Shown: piece by piece, positions 38,463-50,265 of the stretch
Layout: each line of letters opens with the position of its first letter
How positions within the stretch are numbered: the stretch's first letter is position 1
Source: Octopus bimaculoides
Taxonomy: Eukaryota
DNA: 64,000 bases
Reading direction: 5' to 3'
Assembly (NCBI RefSeq): GCF_001194135.2
Contig: NC_068985.1
Coordinates: 64,008,147 to 64,072,146, forward strand
The notes under the pieces: model-generated
The model's database searches: none
What the model was told of the DNA's origin: nothing
What the model saw: the letters and a program-made list of their open reading frames with translations, nothing else
Program-made: the position numbers and the translations under genes

Positions 38463-39228
38463 GTCTAAAGAATCTAGGATATTGAAATTATCCCACAAGA
38501 TAACATTACAAATTTTAATGTCACTAAGAGTGGTTATTAAATACAAAGGTTGGCTGAAACATGCATGGGCTGATTAAGACACTGATGGAATGTGACCAAA
38601 TGAGGCTTATTTCTCAACATAGTTCCCCTTACAGTTCACACCATGACAGTGATGATGTTTTCATTTTGATATATTAGCCAGAAAACAAAGAAATTCAAAA
38701 CCCTACACTTTTTATCAAAGCCTTCAAGACTGTTGAGGAAAAGTTTTCATGTTGACAGTGATTACAACAATGACAATAATGGCCTGAAATAAAAGGTCTA
38801 TCATAAAATATACATGTTCAAATCATTTACAGATTAAAGCAATTTTTGACAGAACCGATAAAGGAAAACTTCATAGCTATCAGACTGTAAATTTTACAGA
38901 TGTGGAATATATTGTTGTTGTTGTTGTACAAGTTATATTAGAGAGAGAGAGATGTCTAACATAAACACTCAATAAAATTATATTGGTCTTTGTAACATTA
39001 AGTTATAATCTATGCCAATCTAAGTTGTGCATTTCATAAAATAAATATTGTTATAAAGAAAGACAAGCTGTTCAACAAAATGATTAAATAAAAATACTTT
39101 TCTTATCTTGCATATACCATTTGTACCATAATAGACTGCAGCATGGATAAACCAGTGAATAAATCTGGACTCGTGATCACAAAGTGACTGCTATAACATA
39201 TCCAGAGTTAGGAGTAAAAAGCAGGGTT

Positions 39229-39256
39229 ACTTACCTGAAAGAAAAACAAAAATAAT
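39229..39256 (-). other. Candidate recursive splice site (ratchet point) TTATTTTTGTTTTTCTTTCAG|GTAAGT
   Basis: Plus strand acttacctgaaagaaaaacaaaaataa. Strong U tract and no AG for about 60 nt upstream; junction 39235/39234; sense to SBF; unique DNA. Confidence 0.75.
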
Positions 39257-39836
39257 TTAACAACATAAATTATGAAACGAACAAGTAACATGATAGTTTG
39301 ATGAAGTCTAATTCTTCAACTGTCAACATTAAACTAATTCTTTAATATATTTCAAATGCCAAAAACTTTTATTCACACAAACTTTGTAAAATTTAAAGCC
39401 ATTATTTACAATATTTTCACTTTTTTTTTAGGTAATTAGGCAAAACAACTAAAAGTAGGAATGATCCAACAATCTGAGAAATATTAATTACATTTTCTAA
39501 TCTTTCAATTTTGGAAAGTTTCTTAAAAAATAAATTAAACTATTGCTTACATTAGTTTAATTTCTGAAACAAATCTTCTAATAAATCAAGCCAATGTGGG
39601 TATATTGTAACAGTTTCCTATCTATTCAGTAGTACCTCAGCATCAATAAGGTAAGATTTAATAAAATTGTTTATTCCAGACTTCAAATGAAATATATTTT
39701 CCCCTCAAGCTACACAAGTTTCCCTCTTTATTTAAATACAACTTAAGCAGTGGTCATTCTACTTGAACAAGTGAAACTGTACTTTGTCCCCAGTAATTAT
39801 TCTAGTGTTGGTAGTGAAAACAGTACACCAGTAATT

Positions 39837-40433
39837 GTCATCGTTTAACGTCCGCTTTCCATGCTAGCATGGGTTGGACGATTTGACTGAGGACTGGTGA
39901 ACCAGATGGCTACACCAGGCTCCAATCTGATTTGCCAGAGTTTCTACAGCTAGATGCCCTTCCTAACACCAACCACTCCGAGAATGTCGTGGGTGCTTTT
40001 ACGTGCCACCAGCACAGTCAGGCGGTACTGGCAACAGCCACGCTCAAAATGGTGTATTTTACGTGCCAACTGCACAAGAGCCAGTCCAGCGGCACTGGCA
40101 ACGATCTCGCTCGAATGNNNNNNNNNNTTACGTGCCAACTGCACAAGAGCCAGTCCAGCGGCACTGGCAACGATCTCGCTCGAATGTCTTTACATGTGCC
40201 ACCAGCACAAGTGCCAGGAAGGCGACGCTGGAAATAGGTGCCATCACGATTTCGCTTACCCCAATAGGTCTTCGCAAGCCGAGTTTAGTGTCCAATGAAG
40301 GAGACGACGTTGACATGGGTGCCAGTTGTTGAATTTAGTCCGATTTCAATTTCACTTGCCTCAACAGGTCTTCGCAAGCGGAGTTTAGTGTCCAATGAAG
40401 GACAGAGGCCTTGGATTTAGGTCTCACTTGGCT
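39837..40433 (-). mobile_element. RTE LINE 3' end fragment
   Basis: Reverse complement of 55045-55595 (tcatcgtttaacgtccgctttccatgctagcatggg...). Confidence 0.9.
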
Positions 40434-40461
40434 ATATATATATATATATGTATATATATAT

Positions 40462-40929
40462 AGTGTAGTATATTGCCACTTAAGTGTGGCTGACCCCTAG
40501 GGGTGGATGTTACTGTTGCTTTTAGCCCCAGGAGGACATCTCCTCCAGCTGGCTTATCGACACACGACTGTGTCCTGTTTGCCAAGGGAAGTTATCCCTC
40601 TCACCTCGATCTGCAGCACGAACGGATCCGGATTTCAGGGTTATTTCCCTTCGTCGGCGTTCGATAGCTGCTGACCTTGGCGAGAGAGACAAAAACCTGG
40701 CAATCTTATATCTTCTTTTCCAGTGAAATTCTTCACTGATATCGAAAAGGTGCTGAAATCCGGATCCGTTCGTGCTGCAGATCGAGGTGAGAGGGATAAC
40801 TTCCCTTGGCAAACAGGACACAGTCGTGTGTCGATAAGCCAGCTGGAGGAGATGTCCTCCTGGGGCTAAAAGCAACAGTAACATCCACCCCTAGGGGTCA
40901 GCCACACTTAAGTGGCAATATACTACACT
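40462..40929. repeat. Perfect inverted repeat, 177-bp arms, 114-nt spacer
   Basis: 40462-40638 is the exact reverse complement of 40753-40929 (checked base by base). About 50% GC with intact CpGs. Confidence 0.95.
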
Positions 40930-41008
40930 TTATCGTGCAGTTACTGTTAATACTTCATTTAGAGAATTAACATTGCTTATATATATATATATATATATAG
41001 ATATATAC

Positions 41009-43529
41009 ATGGAATTACTGAAGAAAGAGATAGAAAAAAACTATAAGACTACCAACAGCAATATTCTACGGGAAGCTAACCTGGATGTTAAGGAAATTAT
41101 GTTCGAATACAATCTGCATGATAGGACTGAACCTATGGTCCCTAAGCAATCTCGGTTTGTTCTTAAGGACCATAAGATAAATTTTTGGTCCAACCCTTCT
41201 CTACGTCTTATTTGTCCCTCTAGGTCTGACTTAGGCATTCTTACCAAAAACGTTCTGGACAAATATATATACCCACTATAATTAATAAGTTAAAACTGAA
41301 TCTTCGGTCTAATTCTTCTCAAGTAATAGATTGGTTTAATTCAATTAAAGATAAGAATAATACCAAATTTATACAGTTTGACATTTCTAGTTTCTATTCC
41401 TCTATTAACCCTATTATCCTTAACAAAGCGCTTTGGTTCGCAGGTCTTTCTAGGGATGAAATTAATGTAATTTTAGGGGCTCGTAAATCTATCATTAAAT
41501 TTAACAATAAACTGTGGATCTGTAAGGATACTCCGGAGGCTTTTGATGTTCCTATGGGAAGTTCGGACTCAGCTCAAATAGCTGATATGGTCTGTTCGTA
41601 TTTATTGTATGAAATGGCAGACCAGTTCCCTAACATAAAGGGAGGTCTTTACAGGGACGATTGTCTGCTATACCTCCATAAGGCCTCTGCCTAGAGCATA
41701 CAAAAAGTTTAAAATAGGTTAGCTAGATTCTTCAAAAGAATGGGCTTTGGCATCGTTTTTGAGGATGAGGTCTCTGTAGCAAACTTTCTAGACGTTACTT
41801 TAGACTTACATAGTAATACTCACTTTCCCTTCCATAAACCGTCAACTAATCTCAAGTACATAAGCCCCTTTAGTAACCATCCAAGACATATAACCAGTAA
41901 TTTGGTTAGGAATATCTCAATTAGGCTTTCCAAACTTTCCTCTAACTCCCAAATTTTCAATAAGGAGGCTGACTTCTATAATTCAGCCTTATTGAGGGCA
42001 GGTTATAAGGACAGGGTAGTGTACATCAACTCTTCTAGTGATCTTTCTCCTTCTACACAACATGATACCCCCTTTACTAGCGTAGATGAACCCATTTCTA
42101 TTCCCTCCCATTCTTCTCACTTTACTGAGAAAGTGGGTCATCCTTATCACTCACATAAGGTGTGTCCCAACTGGCTCTAAACACTTTAACAAATTCAAAA
42201 ATCTTTGTTTATTTAACCACACTAATACTGTATCTAGATCTGTTGATGATAATAATATCTGGCTCATCCTCCCGTTTGGGAAGCAGGTTAAATCAAATTT
42301 GGTCCGGCAGTTCCGAGACGCGGTGAGTAGGAACTTCCCTATAGGTTCCCACTATTACCCAATAATCAACTCGCATAAGGTTAGATTCGGGTTTTCCAAC
42401 ACTAAAAATTTGGTACAGATTATATCTTCCCATAATCTCTGGTTTTTAGATTCTTCTCTAGACGGCCATCCTAGATATGATCGTAATATTAGTAATGTTC
42501 ATACCTGTAACAATAATAATTGCTCCAATAATTTAACGCACACAAATGATGGCATTAGTCATTCAGATATTAATATGGGTAGTATGTACAATATTAGGAA
42601 TCATAAAAATATCTGTAACAATAATAAGATTAGCAATAAGATTAGCATCTTGGAATTAAATCATAATAGAATTAAGTTTTTAAGTGCGAATGCAAGGACC
42701 AAGAATGTAGTTTACCAATGCAAAGTAACGTCTCATGCTGATGTCTCGTTTTACTTAGGTAGTTCATCGACGCAGGTCTCCAAGAGAATTTCGAATCATT
42801 ATTCGTCATTTAGGGATAGGAATAAAGCTAGCACCACCGGTCTAAGTAAATTTATTTGGGAACTGAAAGATTGCAATAAGCAATTCTCTTTGGAATGGTC
42901 TATACTGGCTACCTCAGTTCCCTATGACAAAGGTAAGGATTTTTGTCCTCTTTGTGACTTGGAACTTTTCTATATCCTGTTCTCCAAGAATCGCCTAGTT
43001 AACCAAATAACTCAGAGGGCGTATCGTTGTCAGCACTTCAAGAAACATACCTTCTTTTATTACCGTTAACTCCTACATTCCAACTAGGTTAGGTTTTAAG
43101 CATTATTTTTTTTTTTATTATTATTATTTTTTTCTCACTAAATGTCCTCTGAATAATATCTACTTCTACATCCACTGTAACTTGTCTTTTATTTCCCCCT
43201 TCTATAGTTGATTAAGTAATTTCCTTCCCAGTAATGCTACTTGAGTTGCTTTGTACCACTAGTTGCTTTGCCTTATATCCAACCTTCTCTTTATAAGCAC
43301 GAATACTGTTGTTATTATTATAATTTCTCAACAAAATATCCTGTACCTCGTTTTTCTATTGATTAGCGCTAACATCAGTATATTAATATATCACAGGGTA
43401 ATGCTGTTTCATTTATCATGTTTACATTCTTCGGTTCAAATCAGTATGTTATTAATCTTAATATTTTTAATATAATCTTAAACAAAACATATATGTATAT
43501 ATATATGTGTGTGTGTATGTATGTGTGTG

Positions 43530-43560
<31 letters not shown>

Positions 43561-43617
43561 ATATGTATGTATATATGTATGTATATGTGTGCATATGTGT
43601 GTATATGTGTATGTGTG

Positions 43618-43665
<48 letters not shown>

Positions 43666-44570
43666 CATATATATATATATTTCTGCCTCAATCACCACTA
43701 GTTCTTTATTTTCCCCTTCTACAGTTAGCTAAGTAAATTCTTCCTAGTAATGTCACACTGGTTGTTGTTCGTACCATCGGTAACTTCAACTAAGTATTTC
43801 CAATCTTCTCCTTGTAAGGGTGCACATTATTATCATTATTATTTCTCCAATAAATATCTTGTACCTTGTTTTACCATTAACTAACATTAATATCCGTATA
43901 ATAATATAATATATTACTAGGCTATGATGCTTTATTTATTTTTATATTTACTTTCTTCACTTCATATAAAGTATGTAATTAGTTTTCTCCTTAAATAGAA
44001 AATGTTTTATTTGATGAACTCCCTTAGTTCTCTCCCTTCCTCCATTTTTGACTTAGCAATTAGCTCACGATTTTTAGTTTTCTTTACCGTGATTTATTTT
44101 GCCTTCCCCATTTGAATCATTTAATTTAAACCTTTAGCATTACGTTTACAGCCCCCTCCCTTTATAACTCTATGTAAACAAGCGTTCTTATTCCTAACGC
44201 CCATGGAATAATATTATTGCTCCTTTAAACAAGCATTCTAACGGTCACTTGGACATGTAACATCTTAGCTCGTAAGTTACCTCATCATTTCGCATTTGTC
44301 TTGCTTTTATATGTTGATTCCCTGAAGATGAATATATGTGGAATTCCAGCAGCTCTTACTTCTTTGAAGGAGAGCTCACATATATTTTGAAACATGTGTA
44401 GGAATTAAAGGAATTTTTATTTATATGCGTTTTGCTCCATTTATTGTTATTATTCATATCTTCTCAAAATGTATCACTTCAACTTGGTATCTCTATCTGT
44501 AAAACGGCTGTGATATCTTGGTTTTTGTGTAATTTTTGCTACCCATGGTAACAATTAACATATTTACATT
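41009..44570 (+). mobile_element. Penelope-like element, family A copy 2 (RT plus GIY-YIG), frameshifted
   Basis: FVLKDHK.NF..NP..RLI.P, QFDISSFYSS, MGSSDSAQIAD, GLYRDD, FLDVTL, VVYQC...YLGSS, CPLCDLE...RCQH. Begins in (TA)n; hammerhead near the 3' end. The 3' boundary is approximate. Confidence 0.88.
44317..44405 (+). ncRNA. Type I hammerhead fold with extended, nested stem II
   Basis: Stem I ATTCC/GGAAT, core CTGAAGA, stem II AATATATGTG/CACATATATT with an inner AGCTCT/AGAGCT hairpin, GAAA-C-ATGT-GUA (triplet 44398-44400). Confidence 0.7.
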
Positions 44571-44624
44571 GTCAAAGGTTTTTTAAAACTGAGATAATAT
44601 TAATATATACATAAATTGAAGTTA

Positions 44625-45716
44625 AATTGGACACTAAACTCCACTTGCAAAGACCTATTGAGGCAAGTGAAATTGAAATTGAGTTAAATTGGACACTAAA
44701 CTCCACTTGCGAAGACCTGTTGAGGCAAGTGAAATCGAAATCGAATTAAATTGGATACTAAACTTCACTTGTGAAGACATGTCGAGGAAAGTGAAATCGA
44801 AATCGAGTTAAATTCGACGACTGGCACCCATGCCAACGTCGTCTCCTTCATTGGGATATGAAACTCAGCTTGCGAAGACTTATTGGGGCAAGCGAAAGTG
44901 AAATCGTGATGGCACCTGTACCCAGCGTCGCCTTTCTGGCACTTGTGCCTGCAGCATGTGTAAGGACTTTCGAGCGAGATCGCTGCAAGTGCCCCTAGAC
45001 TGGCGCTTGTGCGGGTGGCACATAAAATACACCATTTTGAGCGTGGCCGTTGCCAGTTCCGCCTGACTGGCCTTCGTGCGGATGGTACGTAAAAGCACCC
45101 ACTACACTCTCTGAGTGGTTGGCATTTAGGAAAGGCATCCAGCCGTAGAAACTCTGCCAAATGCTGTGTGTGAGAAGACTCGGCAAGCTAAGTGAGACCT
45201 AAATCTAAGGCCTCAGCCAGTCCACTTATGCGTACCTTCCTTCATTGGACACCAAACTCCACTTGCGAAGACCTGTTGAGGCAAGTGAAATCGAAATCGA
45301 GTTAAATTGGACACTAAACTCCACTTGCGAAGGCCTGCTGAGGCAAGTGAAATCGAAATCGAGTTAAATTGGATGACTGGCACCCATGCCAACATCGTCT
45401 CCTTCATTGGACACGAAACTCAGCTTGCGAAGACTTATTGGGACAAGCGAAAGCGAAATTGTGATGGCACCTATGCCCAGCATCACCTTTCTGGCACTTG
45501 TGCCAGCTGCATGTCTAAGGACTTTCAAGTAAGATCGTTGCCAGTGCCCCTGGACTGGCTCTTGTGCGGGTGGCACATAAAATACACCATTTTGAGCGTG
45601 GCCGTTGCCAGTACCGCCTGACTGGCCTTCATGCCGGTGGCACTTAAATGCACCCTCTACACTCTCTGAGTGGTTGACGTTAGGAAGGGCATCCAGCTGT
45701 ATAAACTCTGCCAAAT
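44625..45716 (+). repeat. Tandem array of RTE 3'-end units (~555 bp) with internal 62-nt hairpin repeats
   Basis: 62-nt unit aaattggacactaaactcCACTTGCgaagacctgttgagGCAAGTGaaatcgaaatcgagtt occurs three times at 44625-44809 and twice at 45240-45365. Unit junction at about 45162. Confidence 0.85.
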
Positions 45717-46269
45717 NNNNNNNNNNNNNNNNNNNNNNNNNNNNNNNNNNNNNNNNNNNNNNNNNNNNNNNNNNNNNNNNNNNNNNNNNNNNNNNNNNNN
45801 NNNNNNNNNNNNNNNNNNNNNNNNNNNNNNNNNNNNNNNNNNNNNNNNNNNNNNNNNNNNNNNNNNNNNNNNNNNNNNNNNNNNNNNNNNNNNNNNNNNN
45901 NNNNNNNNNNNNNNNNNNNNNNNNNNNNNNNNNNNNNNNNNNNNNNNNNNNNNNNNNNNNNNNNNNNNNNNNNNNNNNNNNNNNNNNNNNNNNNNNNNNN
46001 NNNNNNNNNNNNNNNNNNNNNNNNNNNNNNNNNNNNNNNNNNNNNNNNNNNNNNNNNNNNNNNNNNNNNNNNNNNNNNNNNNNNNNNNNNNNNNNNNNNN
46101 NNNNNNNNNNNNNNNNNNNNNNNNNNNNNNNNNNNNNNNNNNNNNNNNNNNNNNNNNNNNNNNNNNNNNNNNNNNNNNNNNNNNNNNNNNNNNNNNNNNN
46201 NNNNNNNNNNNNNNNNNNNNNNNNNNNNNNNNNNNNNNNNNNNNNNNNNNNNNNNNNNNNNNNNNNNNN

Positions 46270-47135
46270 CAAAATGGTCCTCTTCCATGTCTGCTTCGGG
46301 CATCCTTGCTTCCTTTACCCCTGTGGGTTCCAGTCAAGTGCTTGTCGTGTTACATTTGAGGGTTCTTTCCGCAGTGTGTGTCCGATCCATCTCCATTTCC
46401 TTTGTCTAATCTAAACATGTATGGGCTCCTGGTTGGCCCTTTCCCACAAGTCGGTGTTTGGCACTTTGGCGAACTACTTCAGATGGAGGATCTGCCAGAG
46501 ACATTTGTTGATGAAGGTTTGGATCTTCTTGTAGTTGCTGCAGGTGGCTCTCCAGGTTTCAGAGCCATACAAAAGCACAGATTTTAAGTTTGAACTAAAT
46601 AAGCGGAGTTTAGTTTGAGTTGAGATGGCAGTGGACTTCCATACCGGCCAAAGAATAGCGAAAACTTGCCAGGTCTTCTTGCTTCTTGCAGTGATGTCCT
46701 TGTCTGATCCACCTGGTTTGCTGATCTTGCTGCCAGGATAGACAAACTCACTAACGTCCTCCACTGGTTTCCCCTCGATTGTGGTTGGCTCTTCCTGCTT
46801 GTTGTTGATACGTAGCACTTTTGTCTTTTCCTGGCTGATCCTCAAGCCCACTCGCCGTGAAGTTTCTCTCTGGTGGTCTACCTTATCTTGCATGTCTTGC
46901 AGGCGATGTGACAGNNNNNNNNNNTCTGGTGGTCTACCTTATCTTGCATGTCTTGCAGGCGATGTGACAGTAGCACGAGATCATCTGCGTAGTCCAAGTC
47001 CTTCAGCTTGTTCATCAGTGTCCACTAAATACCTTCCCTGGAGGTAGCATAGGCCGTCCTGGTGACCCATTCCAGCACGACGAGGAACAGGAGCGGTGAC
47101 AACAAACAGCCCTGACAGACTCCCATGCTGACTCT
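46270..47135 (-). mobile_element. RTE-clade LINE fragment (second family)
   Basis: [47 protein letters not shown]. Confidence 0.88.
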
Positions 47136-47139
47136 GACT

Positions 47140-48600
47140 ATTCAAGTTTGGGATTATGAAAGACATAGAGGTCTATTTGAAGACAAAAAGGAGCTATTCT
47201 ACCGGTATTTTGAAAATAAATAAAGGCCCACATGAAGTCAAAAAATGCATTGCGTAAGATATAACGTAATATATAAATGCACTGTAACCAATCTGCTACA
47301 TAACTCTACAGCTGCATACATAGGTTCAACTAAAATTTTCAAGCAACGCTATGCAGCCCACCTTCACTCTTTTAGATATGACAAACACAGCAAATCTACA
47401 ACACAAGCCAACCACATTCACCACCTCAAAAACACAAATACCCAGTATACTTTAAAATGGTCCATTCTGGACTCTGGAATTCCATACCAGGGCCAGCGCT
47501 CTAATTGCAAGCTTTGCTTAAAGGAGGCGTTCCATATTTTAAAATACAATTCTCCCACTCTACTTAATCGATATAACAAAGCACTTAGCACCTGTAATCA
47601 CCGTTTTTTCCATACATTCAAATTCTATCACAGACACAAATGCACAAATGACCACACAACATACTCACACAACTCCCTATAGGTAACCAACTCGAATTAA
47701 CAAACTGGTCCCCCTTCTACCATCTTTAGAATAGGTTTAACTATTTTTTAGATTTTATCACTACTAACTCTATTCTCTTATTTTGCTTCCTTCCTTTATA
47801 CTTTCCTTTGAAAGCCACCACCACCATCACCACCTACAGGTTCCTTCATAGCCTGACACTATACACAATTATAAATACCTCTCCACATTACCTCCCCACA
47901 TTCCTTCTCTCTACATTTCCATTTCTTTACTAAATTTATGCTTCCACTCCCACATTCTTCCTTTTGCTCCCTCTACTTCTTTTTTCCTTCTTGTCAGTAT
48001 AACTGACCATATGACTGCTTACTACTATCAACTATATTTCTCACTTGAATTACTTTTTCCCCCCTTCCTTCCTGTCTTAAGGCTTGACCTCTTAATCCTA
48101 CACACATCTTTTGAGTAAACAACGCACAGAGTACTCTGGATATGATATGATATATATCCACCTTTGCTACTACAATTATCTCCGGAAAATACCCACAAGG
48201 ATTCTTTACATGGATGTTTACTGCTGGAATGGAACTATACTCCAAGTACTGTTTCTTCTTTGTTCTTTTTTCTGCGCATCGCTCTCACTTCTTACTACAA
48301 ATCTCCTCTTATAGATGTAATAATCCATTCTTCTACTATTACCGTCTCCGATGAAGGGATATATTGGATTTTCCCTGAAACAGCTGTAAGACTTTATATA
48401 TAAAATATAATTCTAACTTTGCCATTGGTCTCTTTATCCTTTTCTTTCTTTATACGTACACACGCTAATACACGACCTATGTTATATTCCCCATTCATGT
48501 TGCTACAACGACAGGGGCAAAACTAGTTGGTATACAGCACTTACTCGGTATTACCTGTATCTTTAGGGTTTGGTTGACTCCAATACCCTTCATAACCTTT
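47140..48600 (+). mobile_element. Penelope-like family B, 3' part (GIY-YIG plus 3' terminal region)
   Basis: ORF 47245-47682 VIYKC...YIGST...FKQRYAAH...CKLCLKE...TCNH. Ends in (TA)n at about 48602. Confidence 0.85.
48344..48392 (+). ncRNA. Minimal type I hammerhead-like ribozyme (CCGAUGA variant)
   Basis: Same fold as 903-951: GTCT-CCGATGA-AGGGA..TCCCT-GAAA-C-AGCT-GTA-AGAC. Confidence 0.65.
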
Positions 48601-50215
48601 AAGTATATATATATATATATATATATATATAACCAGTAATGAAAAGATAAATATTGCTGACCCTAAGGTTAATAGGCCAATAACTTAGTAACTTAGCTAG
48701 CAGCAATTTTCTAATTACTGCCATAATTACAACCGACAAGGTAACCATAAAGTCTATAGATAAATGAATGAGCTCAAATTGATGGAAATATATAGTTACT
48801 GCATCAGATTCATGTGAATCTTGCAAAGTGCATCGAACTTCAAATCACTAATGGTGGAAACTATATTGAAAATGTTATTCATTAATGTAGTTGAATAAAA
48901 TTATGCAAAATATGCATTTTGCCTATGTATTCTGACTTCAGTTACTTTGTATAAAAGATTCCCACAAAACTATTGATTCTAATTTAGTCACAAACAATCT
49001 TAGAGTCCAAAAAAAAAAAGAAAAAATGGGAAGGAGTTTTGTTGACAAAAATAAAAATCTTATGTGTTATGAAGTGTGGTGAGTTTTGATATTTTGAACA
49101 AAGTTTTTATTCTCAAAGAGTAAGAACTTTGTCATAAGTCAAAATAGTGCTGAGTTGACAAGATGAAAAACTACCAATTTTAAATCTAATTTCATACTTT
49201 GTATTCTAGAAAATTATATTTGGAACATTTTTAATATCTCAATCATTGGCTCCAAACTTTGATTAAATACTTTGATTCTCAAACCAAATAACTTAAAGAG
49301 GAAATTTTTTTGTGACAATCCTTCTACAATAACATGACCTCTAATATATTGTAAATATAAAACTTACAATATAATTTTATAACGAAAAAAGAAACAAAAC
49401 TGTAATAGAAATACAAGTTTCTATTACAACAGAGAAGCAAAATAATTTGAATAATTTCTATGTCACTTGATACAAATAACATTATTGTTAGAGTTTACAG
49501 AAACCATGCAATAGCACTGTTAGAAATAATATTTAAGTTAACAGGTCAGACATACTTAGTTTCAGCTTTACTTTTAATTTATATCAAATACAATATAATT
49601 AGATTATAACATAAAATAGCAACTTGGCTTAATTGAATTTGAGAAGCTGAACAAATATGTTTTTATTTATGAACTTTTGAAACAATGAAATTGGAATACA
49701 ACAAACAAAACTAACTAAAAACGATAAAGAAAAGAAGTCATGTTTTCTTTAAGTCAAATAAGCAGATGTATACCATAAAAACCTGTGTAATTTACACAGG
49801 TGATTTACAGGATAAAAATTGTTAAGAAAAGCTTCTACTCATGTAAAATTTGCACCCAAAACTTTTCAGAATTGCCGATATGGCCAGAGGGAAAAGGTTT
49901 TCAATTTAGTTGTATTTAGCATAGATTTTATTAGATTTAGCTTTAGATTTTTAAAAATTTTCATTAAATAAAAATAATTTCTGTTTAACAGGTATCACAT
50001 TAAAAGCTATTAAATTACAAAGTGTTTGTGTTGTCTATATAAATAAAATTAGTTTTGCAGGACTGACACATGTCAGCCTGTTTTACTCACTAGGTATATG
50101 CTCTTTCTCCTCCCTTATAAGACTGACAGTGTCAGTCTCCTTTAGCCACTCAGTATACCCTCCTTCTCCCTTGACGTTAGCATTCCAATAATAAAAATAA
50201 ACAAATGAAAAATAT

Positions 50216-50265
<50 letters not shown>

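Noticed and set aside
40462-40929. Polinton/Maverick-derived terminus (arms start AG and end CT)
   Set aside because: No 6-bp TSD and no related coding sequence; terminal similarity is too short.
44625-45365. Regularly spaced 62-nt repeats resembling a CRISPR array
   Set aside because: No unique spacers; the units are part of an RTE 3'UTR in eukaryotic DNA.
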